A stretch of 64,000 nucleotides of DNA from NCBI RefSeq assembly GCF_032444005.1, contig NC_091285.1, forward strand, positions 248,806,001-248,870,000. The letters run 5' to 3'. Under the pieces are notes generated by a model. It saw nothing but the letters and a program-made list of their open reading frames with translations. It was not told where the DNA came from and made no database searches. Source of the stretch: Ranitomeya imitator. Taxonomy: Eukaryota. Made by a program: the position numbers and the translations under genes. This document shows, in pieces, positions 34,561 to 47,912 of this stretch (the first letter of the stretch is position 1; every line of letters begins with the position of its first letter).

Positions 34561-36719
34561 TCTGTTATATTTGCCCCCTAAATGTGTACAAAAGAATATA
34601 AAAATAAAAAGAATACCGGATGTCAGAAATATTTTGATCAACGTTCTCATTCAGTTCACCAAAGGTAATAATGAGTCAAACAGGGGTCTATGACATAATT
34701 CTTGCTGATTTCATCACATTTGTTTGCATACACCAAACAAAAAAAATCTAAAAATATCAACTGCAATTTAAATTTAAACTTAATTTTATCACCAAGGCTT
34801 GAGAGGACCTCTCAGGTTTCCTGACTTGTCTTCAGCAAATATTTGTATTTCCCATGAAATAACAACTGTGGAGAATCTCTTCCAAGATCTCTACCTTGTA
34901 CCGATTATCTGTTTTCGAATTGGAAATGTTTGCATAAATTAACAGCTGGGTGTTACAATTCCATTTGTCAATGGGTCGTGTCCTTACACACTCAGCTTTG
35001 ATTGGTCGGTGTCAGACTATAAAAGCACATACCATATTGATAAAGGATTTGGTAATACCGAATTTGGCCACCTATTTGTACATCTATAGGATGAATGCCA
35101 GATACAAAACGATGCCGAGCTCTAAGTAAAGATTTCCCAGAATTGGTATTTTAAGGGTAATACAAGTATTCCCTAAATGAAAACTTTTAAACATCATACC
35201 TTATGTGTTCATTTCCTTTAGCACTTTTATACATATTCCAAATATTTTATATGATTTTCCAAATACTAGACTAGAGCAGACCTAAAATAAGATTTTAATA
35301 ACTTGCTTTACTTGCAGTCAATTTGTCATATAAGGAATCGGCCGTTCTTTAATATATTACAATTGCATACAGTACTGGAGCCATGTGCAGTCTTCTCACA
35401 TCCGAGATATGGTTTACATGGACACTTGCGTAGTCTTTGCACACAGAATAACAGAATGATATTTGCTGTTCTAGTACATCAATGCCAGTACTGTGAATTG
35501 GTATTTGTTAGTTCAATGTGATATCCAGTAGGTACTGTTGGCAGACTTCACAAATTAGTCAGCAATAAGAAAAAAATCATTGTGTCTTTTTTCTGCTCTT
35601 CTACATGTTTCTATGGAAATATTTCTAACAAATAGAACATTTAGCTCTTTACAGCAACACCAGCAGCGAATAAAACCTTTTAGAAACAGTCTTTTCCCCT
35701 AATGAACGTTGGACACCTTACAACTCAGTATCAATATGTGTAATATAGTATATCTAATACAGCAGTCAAATAAACCTATGCCGACAACATTAATAATAAT
35801 TATAAATACATTATAAGTGGAAGCAGAAAGTAGACCTGTAGAAAATGCTTATCTTGTATTCATTGCAATTCATTAAGCAAATATTATTTTATTAAACAGT
35901 ATATACAAATTATTTATATACAAATGATAAAAACAGGTAAGGAACCACATTATAAATAAAGTAATGGTCTTAAAAGACAAGGGGCAAAAAGAAAATCCCT
36001 AAAATACTATGTAGAAAATATAGTAAATATACCTATGGTGAAGTAGTAAGAGTTTGAAAATAATAATAATAATGCAAAGTAATCAAAGTGCTAGTGAATA
36101 TACTGTATGTACTTAAAAAAATACATGAGAGAGGATGCCAGTGATTACCAAGAAAAATTAAAAAAGCAACAAAATACACCATTAGGATAAGACATACCTA
36201 ATAGGGAGAGCCCCCCACTCCGAGGTACGTTTCACACAGCGCTTACTGAAGGAGTTAGAAATGTATTCTTATTTAATAAAATGAAATTGACATAGTTAAT
36301 TATAGTGGATATATATATTTTCTATAGTCAAATAAACCTATAAAAAGAAATGGCGATTACCACTATAAACATTAGAACTTTCAGTGACTCAAATCTATAT
36401 GTAGATTATATCTCTATATAAGCTGTATAGTCTTGCTTAAAGAGGTTTCTAAATACTTGGACAACACATTCTAACTTGTTATAATCCCTCAGGTAAAATA
36501 ATAACAGCCTATACTTGCCTCAGGTACCTGTGCCATTCCAGCGACATCGACCATTGTGTCTCCCATGACGTTTTTATGCCATGTGAGCCATATATTGGCC
36601 ACTTCACTCTCATGTTCTTCTGATGAAACTGACAGACCCAAATAAGTGAGAGCATGCTGTTTCTATCTGACTTCCTCTGAATGTCAGTTATGTCCAAAGG
36701 TAGAGAAAATTATGTGGCT

Positions 36720-39600
36720 GCTGTTTGGCAAAGACTCCGGCTTACCAGGAAGGGAAGGAGCCTCCTGTTGCATGACTACTCTATCTTATAACCTCCGATC
36801 CATGCGGACAGCCTGAGTCATGGCCTCTTCCAAGGAGCTGGGGGGAGGATGAAGAGCCAGAGCATCCTTTAAATGTTCAGACAGTCCCCTCTGGAACCAA
36901 CACCTGAGAGCCAAGTTGCTCCAGGAAACCTCTGAAGACCACCTCCGGAACTCCAAACAGTACCACTCAGCTGAGAGCTTACCCTGAGAGAACCACATAA
37001 TAGTGTCCTCTGCCAGTCTAACATGATCCGGTTCATCATATATCAGTCCCATAGCATCAAAGAATCTATTGACAGACATTCTTTCAGGGGTGGTCGGAGG
37101 TAAGGAAAAAGCCCATGACTGCGGACCCTCCCTAAGTAAAGATATAACTATCCCCACCCGCTGATTCTCATCCCCTGAAGATCGGGGTCTAAGGAAAAAT
37201 AATAGTTTGCAACTCTCCTTAAATGCATGGAATTTTTCCTTCTCACCCTGAGAAGGTGTTAGGTAGTTTAACAGAGGGTTCAGGAGAGTGCAGAGAAACA
37301 AAGGAAGGAAGAGGAAACAACCCGGACTAGCTAAACTGTCTGCAAGCTCCCTCTACACCTGCTTCTGAGAGGTAGTCAAGGTCCTCTGCTCCATAAAAAA
37401 TGTGTGCATCATCTATGTCAGAAACAGAAAGTAAACTCTGACCTGGATCATGACAATTTTCCAATTATTACAGGTAGTTCATTCCTCATTTCGCCTCGGT
37501 GACCAAGCCTATCCCGTCCCTCATCCGTAAAGGAACAAGTTCCAATTTATCGACTCCGGAAGCATAGAGCACCTTATTAGTCCTGAAGCAGTCCTTCTCC
37601 ACAGCCCCAGTATTACATTGTCCAGAGGCTAACAAACCATTCATTCTTGAGGTGGATGCCTTTTCCACGGGAGTCAGAGCCGTGCTCTCGCAAAGGATCT
37701 CTGTGGGACGGTTGGTTCCTTGTGGCTTTATCTCCAAAGTTTTTTCTGCATCTGAGCGCAATTGTACCATTGGAGATCGTGAGTTGTTGGCAATAAAGCT
37801 GGCTCTGGAGAATTGGCGGTATCTTCTCGAAGGGGCCGTAGTTCCGTTCATAATTTTTACCGACCATAAAAATCTGGCATATCTCCGATCTGCACAAAGA
37901 CTCAACTCTCAATGGTCCCAAATGGTCCCTATTTTTTGCCCATTTTGATTTTGATCTTCACATCCGGCAAGGCAACAGGCTTGTCAAGGTGGATGTGCTG
38001 TCTAGGTCATTTCAGTCTGGAGACATAGAGAAGGAACCAGCGCATATCATGGACTCCTCTAACGTCATCACTGTGGCTCCTTTAAATCTGACCTTTCTGC
38101 TGCCTGGTAAAATGTTCATTGCTGAGGGCGACAGGAGGAGAGTATTATTATGGGGACATTCATTCAAATTGGCTGGGCACGCCGGAATAAAGAAGACATT
38201 TCTCCTCATATCTTGGCACTATTGTTGGCTCAGGCTGCATCTAGATATCAAGGAGTTTTTCGCCTCATGCCCATCCTGTGCCAAGAACAAGGTTCCTAGA
38301 CAACTACCTCACAGAACCCTGCTTCCTCTTCCAATTCCGTCAGCTCCTTGGCAGCATATTGCCATGGACTTCATTACCGACCTACCGAGTTCTTCTGGTT
38401 GTACCGTTATCTTTGTGGTAGTGGATTGGATTCTAAGATGGCTCATTTTGTTACTTTGCCTGGCTTGCCCTCAGCTCCCGAGTTGGCAAAGATTTTCATT
38501 GGTCACAGCTTCAGACTTCATGATTTTCCACGGCACATCGTATCCAACAGAGGAGTTCAATTTACGTCCCACTTCTGGAGGGCCCTTTGCAAGCTCAAGA
38601 AGGTGACTTTGGATATTTCCTCGGTCTACCCCAGACCAACGGCCAAGTAGAGTGGACTAATCAGGTCTTAGCTTCCCATGTCCGGCACTTTACCAACGCT
38701 CATCAAGATGATTGGGTCTGTCTGCTTCCTTGGGCGGAATTTGCCTACAATAATCACTCAAATGAGTCGTCCACCAAGACACTTTCTTCATCATCTTCGG
38801 ACAAGATCCGGGGATGCCTCTTCCAGTATCTCTAGCCTCAGGGGTACCAGCAGCTGACTCTCTGACTCAGGAATTCTCTGGGAGGACGCTAAAGAGACGC
38901 TCGACAAAGCGTGTGGTAGGATGAAGAGGCACGCCGATAAGAGGCATCTGTATTCTCCTCCTTTCAGCCCCGGAAATAAAGTTTTACTGTCTTCAAAGTA
39001 CATAAGACTCAAGATGCCATCTTACAAAATAGGTCCGCACTATATAGGTCCCTTCGAGATCCTGAAGCAAGTCATCAGGGTTGCCTACAAGCTGAGATTG
39101 AATGCCTCACTCCGCATTCCCAACACCTTCCTTGTGTCTCTTCTTAAACCTGCAATCTTTATTCGCTGCCATCCCTCATCGGGTGCTACCTCCCAACCTG
39201 TTTGTGCCGAAAACATCTTTGAGGTGAGAGATATTTTAGCCATAAAAAAGGTTTGAGGAAGAACTTTTTTCTTGATTGACTGGAAGGGTTTTGGTCCTGA
39301 GAAAACATCCTGGGAGCCGTTAGAAAACATCAATGCACAGCGTATCCTAAACAGGTTTCTCTCCAGTCATAGTAGGAGGGGTTGTAAGGAGGGGGTACTG
39401 TTACCACTGCCACATCCGCCGCTGCTCTTCGGTCCCCTGCCTGGACTGTCGCCACTGCCGCCGTTGCTCAGTCTCCCACCACTGCAGCTTGTTCCTCCAT
39501 TGCTGCTCTCCTCACATGGTCCCGCCGTGCTTCTCCTCGGCTTCTGGTCATGTATCCTGCAGCTGACTAAATACTTTTTCCCCACTGTAAAGGGCAAGTG
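36720..39600. mobile_element. Rearranged Gypsy/chromovirus relic (Gypsy-C): inverted gag, protease fused to RNase H, integrase, chromodomain, PPT and partial LTR
   Basis: Minus-strand Gag 36786-37301 (VISLLREGPQSWA...AVRMDRRL). Plus-strand FIDSG near 37545, EVDA/ELLAIK/TDHKNL at 37645-37880, integrase fragments 37989-38835, IDWKGFGPE at 39272, and AGGAGGGGGTAC|TGTT LTR start at 39399. Confidence 0.88.
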
Positions 39601-40581
39601 CTTCTTATCAGTACAAGAGTACATGAAATCAGATTATGTAGTCTTCTGGCCCCTCTCTGTCGCAGTAAACCTGTGAAGGTATACCTTTACATGTTTATGA
39701 ACCATAAGAAATAGAAGGAAATGCAACACTCACCCAATTCTGTATGAACTTGTGATTTATTCCATTAAGTAGAAACATGGTTGCATTGCTCTTAAAATTG
39801 TGGGGAATAGGTATTAATTGGATATTTTGGAGTAGTGCATTCCGAAAAAACTGGTGCTGCCTTGGAAATGGGACTTTTGGATTATAAAATATATTTTACA
39901 ATAAAGGCATCTAGGGTGTCCCTGAACTTTTTTTTAGTGAATTAACCATCACAACAGTATGATTCAGAGAGTTCCATAGTCTCTGCCCTTACAATCAGAC
40001 CCTTACAGTAAAGAATCGTAAATCAGACCTTTACAGTAAGGACTTGTCTGTGATTTTCAGTGTTGTAGGTTTAGTTCCAAAACATTGTAAAGGTCTCTGT
40101 CCATTCATTGTTACACTGTAACAAAATTGCCCCTACCCCAACTTTGATAACCTGTCTGCAGCAGGGGCGGACACAGACTGCAGAGGGCTCCTGTGCAAGA
40201 AATCTTCCCGGGCCCCCCCTCCATAGCTCAACAAAGTTATGTAAACATATAGGCAGGGGTGGGATTCAAATTTTTAACAACAGGTTCTGTGTTTGTGTAG
40301 GAAAACCACCGCCATTTTTAAGCCACACCCATTTACACACACCTTTTCCTCAAACATATACAAGTAGGGGCTCAGTTAAACCATACCTCCCAACTTTTGA
40401 TGAGGGGAAAGAGGGATAAAGTTTGCAGCGCGCGCAGCGAACCATGGCAAATTTTAAGCCACGCCTCTGAGCACAGCCATTTCACAACTAGTCACACCCA
40501 TATCCACGTCCCAACCACAACCATTTAGCACTGCTGATCGCAGTGTTTCATAAACAATAATTATAAACAAAAAATATGGCC

Positions 40582-42480
40582 ACACAGTGCTCCATACTAT
40601 ATAATGGCCACACATGATACTCCATACTGTATAATGGCCACACATGATGCTCCATACTGTATAATGGCCACACATGATGCTCCATACTGTATAATGGCCA
40701 CACATGATGCTCCATACTGTATAATGTCCCCACATGATGCCCCATACTGTATAATGGCCACACATGATACTCCATACTGTATAATGGCCACACATGATGC
40801 TCCATACTGTATAATGGCCACACATGATGCTCCATACTGTATAATGGCCACACATGATGCTCCATACTGTATAATGTCCCCACATGATGCCCCATACTGT
40901 ATAATGGCCATACATGATGCTCCATACTGTATAATGGCCACACATGATGCTCCATACTGTATAATGGCCACATATGATGCTCCATACTATATAATGGCCA
41001 CACATGATGCTTCATACTGTATAATGGCCACACATGATGCTCCATACTGTATAATGACCCCACATGATGCCCCATACTGTATAATGGCCACACATGATGC
41101 TCCATACTGTATAATGGCCACACATGATGTTCTATACTGTATAATGGCCACACATGATGCTCCATACTGTATAATGGCCACACATGATGCTCAATACTGT
41201 ATAATGGCCACACATGATGCTCCATACTGTATAATGACCCCACATGATGCCCCATACTGTATAATGGCTACACATGATGCTCCATACTGTATAATGGCCA
41301 CACATGATGCTCCATACTGTATAATGGCCACACATGATGCTCAATACTGTATAATGGCCACACATGATGCTCCATACTGTATAATGGCCACACATGATGC
41401 TCCATACTGTATAATGGCCACACATGATGCTCCATACTGTATAATGACCCCACATGATGCCCCATACTGTATAATGGCCACACATGATGCTCCATACTGT
41501 ATAATGGCCACACATGATGCTCAATACTGTATAATGGCCACACATGATGCCCCATACTGTATAATGGCCACACATGATGCTCCATACTGTATAATGACCG
41601 CACATAATGCTCAATACTGTATAATGGCCACACATGATGCTCCATTCTGTATAATGGCCACACATGATGCTCCATACTGTATAATGGCCACACATGATGC
41701 TCCATACTGTATAATGGCCACACATGATGCTCCATACTGTATAATGACCCCACATGATGCCCCATACTGTATAATGACCCCACATGATGCCCCATACTGT
41801 ATAATGGCCACACATGATGCTCCATACTGTATAATGGCCACACATGATGCTCAATACTGTATAATGGCCACACATGATGCCCCATACTGTATAATGGCCA
41901 CACATGATGCTCCATACTGTATAATGACCGCACATAATGCTCAATACTGTATAATGGCCACACATGATGCTCCATTCTGTATAATGGCCACACATGATGC
42001 TCCATACTGTATAATGGCCACACATGATGCTCCATACTGTATAATGGCCACACATGATGCTCCATACTGTATAATGACCCCACATGATGCCCCATACTGT
42101 ATAATGGCCACACATGATGCCCCATACTGTATAATGGCCACACATGATGCTCCATACTGTATAATGGCCACACATGATGCTCCATACTGTATAATGGCCA
42201 CACATGATGCTCCATACTGTATAATGGCCACACATGATGCTCCATACTGTATAATGGCCACACATGATGCTCCATACTGTATAATGGCCACACATGATGC
42301 TCCATACTGTATAATGGCCACACATGATGTTCTATACTGTATAATGGCCGCACATGATGCTCAATACTGTATAATGGCCGCACATGATGCTCCATACTGT
42401 ATGATGGCCGCACATGATGCTCCATACTGTATGATGGCCCTACATGATACATACTGTATAATGGCCACACATGATACTGC
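40582..42480. repeat. 30-bp minisatellite (CACATGATGCTCCATACTGTATAATGGCCA), about 63 units
   Basis: Exact 30-nt period; source of the (MATHDAPYCI)n, (MCGHYTVWSI)n and related ORFs. Confidence 0.97.
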
Positions 42481-42519
42481 GCACATTATAATGGCCACAC
42501 ATAGTTACTCCTACACATG

Positions 42520-42970
42520 CGGCTCCGCTCCGTACACTTCATACACACACGGCTCTGCTCCGTACACCTCATACACACACGGCTCTGCTCCATACACCTC
42601 ATACACACACACGGCTCAGCTCCATACACCTCATGCACACACACGGCTCAGCTCCGTACACCTCATACACACAAACGGCTCTGCTCTGTACACCTCATAT
42701 ACACACGGCTCTGCTCTGTACACCTCATACACACACGGCTCTGCTCTGTACACCTCATACACACACACGGCTCCTCTCTGTACACCTCATACACACACAT
42801 GGCTCTGCTCCGTACACCTCATACACACGGCTCCGCTCTGTACACCTCATACACACGCATGGCTCCGCTCTGTACACCTCATACACACACGGCTCCGCTC
42901 TGAACACCTCATACACACACACGGCTCCGCTCCGTACACCTCGTACACACACACACGGCTCTGCTACATC
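42520..42970. repeat. About 30-34-bp minisatellite (GGCTCCGCTCCGTACACCTCATACACAC), about 14 units
   Basis: Recurring CGGCTC(C/T)GCTC(C/T)GTACACCTCATAC with a variable CA tail. Confidence 0.9.
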
Positions 42971-43017
42971 CACACTATAAACAACTCCGACCCCACACAT
43001 AAGCTTACCGTCTAGCA

Positions 43018-43203
43018 CAGTGGTCCCCAACTCCAGGCCTCGAGGGCCGCCAACAGTGCAGGTTTTCAGGATTTCCTTAGTATTGCACAGGGGTTGGAAT
43101 CATCACCTGTGCAGATGATCACATTGCCACCGATGCAATACTAAAGAAATCCTGAAAACCTGTACTGTTGGCAGCCCTCGAGGCCTGGAGTTGGGGACCC
43201 CTG
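43018..43203. mobile_element. 186-bp palindromic hAT MITE nested in the 40162-43632 element
   Basis: CAGTGGTCCCCAACTCCAGGCCTCGAGGG...CCCTCGAGGCCTGGAGTTGGGGACCCCTG with an 8-bp TSD GTCTAGCA (43010-43017 and 43204-43211). Confidence 0.93.
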
Positions 43204-44825
43204 GTCTAGCACCATGACAGAACAGCAGAGTCCTGCAATACATGGAGGCCCCTGATCATGTGACTCTTCCCCTCCTGTGACCTCATCACAGGTCCTGAGC
43301 AAGCTTCAGTGACTCACTGTGACTGAGAGGCCCCCCCCCCTCTGTCCTCTCTTCCTGGTCCAGCGTCTGCCACCTGTCACCTCACCGCAGACCACAGCAG
43401 TGACAGCCGGCTGGACAGCAGCATAATATATGCTAGCAGGTGAGGAGGGGGGCCCGTTTAACTGTCATATCACATGCGTGCAGCAGAGCGGGCCCCCCTG
43501 CTTCTCCTGTTAGCAGTAATACTGCCGCCGGCTATCATTCACCTCATTGCTTTGTATACCCGTCAGGGGCCCCCTCTCGCTCTGGGCCCCTGTGCGGTTG
43601 CACAGGTTGAACAGGCGGTATGTCCGCCCATGGTCTGCAGATCACCCATTCCCATAACAACCTTGCTTGTTTTTCTATGGAACTGCTTTGAGTCAGCTAT
43701 GTCCTTCTTATACACTGGAGCCAAAAATTATACACAGCATTGTAAGTGTGGCAGCACTAGTAACACGCACAGAAACAAAACTATATTTTTATACTTATTT
43801 GCCTTGGCAGCAGCTGCCTGGCAGTAAGGGCACAAATATGCCCATATTTTTTACAGTAGAAGTTTTACCTACTGCTTTACCATTTAGTACATATTTATAC
43901 ATTTTGTTGTTCTTGAACCAAGTGCATGACCTTACATTTATCTACGTTATTCTTCAACTGCTATTTCTTGAACCCAAGCCTCTAGTTCTAAATCTGATCC
44001 ATAATAATAAATTATCTTCAATATTTATATGAACAATAGAAAAATGGCAGAAGAAAAAAACAGTATTTAAAATGTATTAGCAAAAATGGTTTTATTAAAC
44101 AATAAGGTTGAAAGAAAATACTTCTTCCTATCAAGGTCGCTCTGTGACCCTACAAACTATTTTGCCAAAACACTTTTTAAATGAAATGAGTGGAATTCTA
44201 CACATGTGTTCATTTCTTTCCTGAACTTTGATCTTTGGCTTTTGAAGGTGTGTGCGCCACTGTGCCATAGTACATATTTGTCTGGAATCACCTATTCCAG
44301 CCTGTTTTTCAAACATGTTGACGTACAGCGACCTGTTTTGCATTTCTCCTTTTATAATGACAAAGTAAAAGGAGACAAAATAGTCTTTTGAACTTATAAA
44401 TATTGCGAGCTTCATATTTATCATAGTTCTTCTAAGTTTAGCTTTGTTCCACAGGCTTATATGTGACATTAACACACTGTTCACAGATACTTGTGCATGT
44501 TGTCATCTGAAAACTACCTGAAGTTGTGCAAAAAAAGGTATACCTATGCAATGTGATTGATGGTGGTAGCCTTGGGCGAGCTGCTACTCAATAATGCCCT
44601 GGCACTTTAAAGGAAAATCATGCAACAGTCCCAATGTGCTGTCAGGTGTGGGGTGCATAACACTAACTTGTAGGTGCAGACCTCCGCTGTCGCCAGGCAT
44701 CCATATTCAGAATCCGTCACAGATAACTCGGGGGAATTTGTTTAAAAAAATGAAAGTTTACTGGAGTTCATCAGATCATAGCACGGAGTTTCAGACACAA
44801 CACTTCTTATTCCTTGTCTCCTTAA

Positions 44826-46073
44826 TCCCTTCATGACCTTGGGATTTTCCGTTTTTCCGTGTTCGTTTTTTGCTCCCCTTCTTCCCAGAGCCTTAACTTT
44901 TTTATTTTTCCATCAATATGGCCATATGAGGGCTTATTTTTGTGAAACAAGTTGTACTTTTGAACGACATCATTGGTTTTAGCATGTCGTGTACTAGAAA
45001 ATGGGAAAAAAATTCCAAGTGCGGTGAAATTGCAAAAAAAGTGCAATCCCACCCTTGTTTTTTGATTGGCTTTTTTACTAGGTTCACTAAATGCTAAAAC
45101 TGACCTGCCAATATGATTCCACAGGTCATTACGAGTTCATAGACACCTAACATGTCTAGGTTACGTTTTATCTAAGTAGTGAAAAAAAAATTCCAAACCT
45201 TGCTAAAAAAAAAAAAATTGCGCCATTTTCTGATACCCGTGGCGTCTCCATTTTTCATGATCTGTGGTCAGGTGAGGGTTTATTTTTTGCGTGCTGAGCT
45301 GGCGTTCTTAATGATAGCATTTTGGTGCATATAAGTTCTTTTGATCGCCCGTTATTGCATTTTAATGCAAGGTCACGGCGACAAAAAAACGTAATTCTGG
45401 CGTTTCAATTTTTTTCTCGCTATGCCGTTTAGCGATCAGGTTAATCCTTTTTTTATTGATAGATCGGGCGATTTTGAATGCGGCGATACCAAATCTGTGT
45501 AGGTTTGATTTATTTTGATTGGGGCAAAAGGGGGGTGATTTAAACTTTTACATTTTTTTTATTTTTTTTACATTTTTTTAAACTTTTTTTAACTTTTGCC
45601 ATGCTTCAATAGCCTCCATAGGAGGATAGAAGCTGGCACAACGCGATCGGCTCTGCTACATAACAGCGATCATCAGATCGCTGCTATGCAGCAGAAATGC
45701 AGGTGTGCTATGAGCACCGACGACAGGATGGCGCTCACAGCTAGCCAGAATCAGTAACCATAGAGGTCTCAATGGTTACAATGCATAAGCATCGCTGACC
45801 CCCGATCATGTGACGGGGGTCAGCAATGCGCCCATTTCCGGCCGCCCGGTCGGAAGCGCCGGTTAAATGCTGCTGTCAGCGTTTGACAGCAGCATTTAAC
45901 TAGTTAATAGCGACTGGTGAATCGTGATTTCACCCGCCGCTATTGTGGGCACATGTCAGCTGTTCAAAACAACTGACATGTCCTGGCTTTGATGCGGGCC
46001 CACCGCCGGAGCCCTGCATCAAAGCGCGGTATCTGACCTCGGACGTACTATTCAGTCCGAGGTCAGCAAGAGG
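44826..46073. mobile_element. Non-autonomous piggyBac-like element (about 1.25 kb)
   Basis: TTAA|TCCCTTCATGACC...GGTCAGCAAGAGG|TTAA; the left end resembles that of the 25664 element. Confidence 0.8.
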
Positions 46074-46195
46074 TTAATATAGTACATGTCCAGCATTAAT
46101 ATCCACTCCTTCTGAACTATCCCTACGTTTACTGTCTCTGTCAGCCCCATGGATTTCTAGTCCAGTTCCGCAATACACTCAAGATCTGTTACCTT

Positions 46196-46596
46196 CCCTA
46201 CACACAGTCCACATCCCCTACACACAGTCCACATCCCCTACACACAGTCCACATCCCCTACACACAGTCCACGTCCCCTACACACAGTCCACGTCCCCTA
46301 CACACAGTCCACGTCCCCTACACACAGTCCACGTCCCCTACACACAGTCCACATCCCCTACACACAGTCCACATCCCCTACACACAGTCCACATCCCCTA
46401 CACACAGTCCACATCCCCTACACACAGTCCACTTCCCCTACACACAGTCCACATCCCCTACACACAGTCCACGTCCCCTACACACAGTCCACATCCCCTA
46501 CACACAGTCCACATCCCCTACACACAGTCCACTTCCCCTACACACAGTCCACATCCCCTACACACAGTCCACGTCCCCTACACACAGTCCACGTCC
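46196..46596. repeat. 20-bp minisatellite (CACACAGTCCACATCCCCTA), about 20 units
   Basis: Exact 20-nt period, with variation only at one position (A/G/T). Confidence 0.97.
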
Positions 46597-47912
46597 ATTG
46601 TCCCCTGTATACCAGAGGATAAGGCCCTTTTCATAGTACCTTTATTGAGCCTTGAGCTTCGGACATTGCAAGAATTTCTGCAAGGGATTCCAGTAAGGCC
46701 TGCCACTGTCCCAAATGATAGATTCTTGCTGGCAACTTGACCTTGGTTACCGTACTTCCCTATTTGAACATCCATCAGGAAGCAGTCCCTTTTTACAGAG
46801 GCTTTCCCCCTCCCACTATGGGCTTGTCCCAACTTTAACTATATCTGTCTCTACTATATGTAACTGGGCAGATTACCATCACAATACCATGTATTATATC
46901 ACTTATCTTATACTTCACATTCCCTATATTCCCAAACTATACCTATGTATCAAATAAATGACATAATTTACATAATGCAATTGTTGTCTTCAGGGGCAGG
47001 AATGTGACAATACAATCCACCACTCTTACACGTATGTAGAGTTCTAAAACAGTACATAGGAAATAAATATATTATACTTTTTGTATTTTGGTTTGTAATT
47101 TTTCCCGATTGAATGCATACACTATATACACGTAGGGTTTGGCCAATAACTACATTTGACATGTCTATATTAGATAATACCAAACATATACTTTCTCATA
47201 CTAGAACTTCCACCTAATGAGTCACCTGGTCCCACCACTTGGATCCTCATGTGCAATAAAGCGACTCCGGTACTGAATGCATTAGAAGTACAAAAAAAAT
47301 CAAAAGTGCACCATGGGCACCACATACAAATATGTCAGGATGTTAGCAGCATATTTAGGCTATTCAATGAAAAAATGTTTTGTAGGATCCAACTGAGAAA
47401 TGTACTTTTTATTCATAGGATAACATTTTTAGTGCAGGATGCTGTATAAGGGGGTGTATTTCTAAGACTCATGCATGCCCTCTGCAAGGTTTTATTTTTT
47501 TCCTGTATAAGCTACTGAAGGAGATGTTAAATGGGGTTATTGTTCATGGTCCATGTATATTTCTGGGGTTTCAGGTGCATTTACAGGTCCTTCTCAAAAA
47601 ATTAGCATATAGTGTTAAATTTCATTATTTACCATAATGTAATGATTACAATTAAACTTTCATATATTATAGATTCATTATCCACCAACTGAAATTTGTC
47701 AGGTCTTTTATTGTTTTAATACTGATGATTTTGGCATACAACTCCTGATAACCCAAAAAACCTGTCTCAATAAATTAGCATATCAAGAAAAGGTTCTCTA
47801 AACGACCTATTACCCTAATCTTCTGAATCAACTAATTAACTCTAAACACATGCAAAAGATACCTGAGGCTTTTATAAACTCCCTGCCTGGTTCATTACTC
47901 AAAACCCCCATC

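Larger units (their letters stand above)
40162..43632. mobile_element. Non-autonomous hAT-type element carrying two minisatellites
   Basis: TIR CAGGGGCGGACA...TGTCCGCCCATG and a perfect 8-bp TSD GTCTGCAG (40154-40161 and 43633-43640). Confidence 0.92.

Noticed and set aside
40604-43015. 803-aa ORF (MATHDAPYCI)n and overlapping 235-400-aa ORFs on the minus strand
   Set aside because: A 30-bp unit is a multiple of 3 and stop-free in several frames on both strands. It lies inside a hAT element, with no sign of a promoter, splicing or codon-position bias.
44131-44484. Candidate upstream slc38a4 5' UTR exon (minus-strand acceptor ttttactttgtcattataaag| at 44349) and a 117-aa ORF
   Set aside because: No convincing donor and no recognisable homology; it cannot be supported without transcript data.
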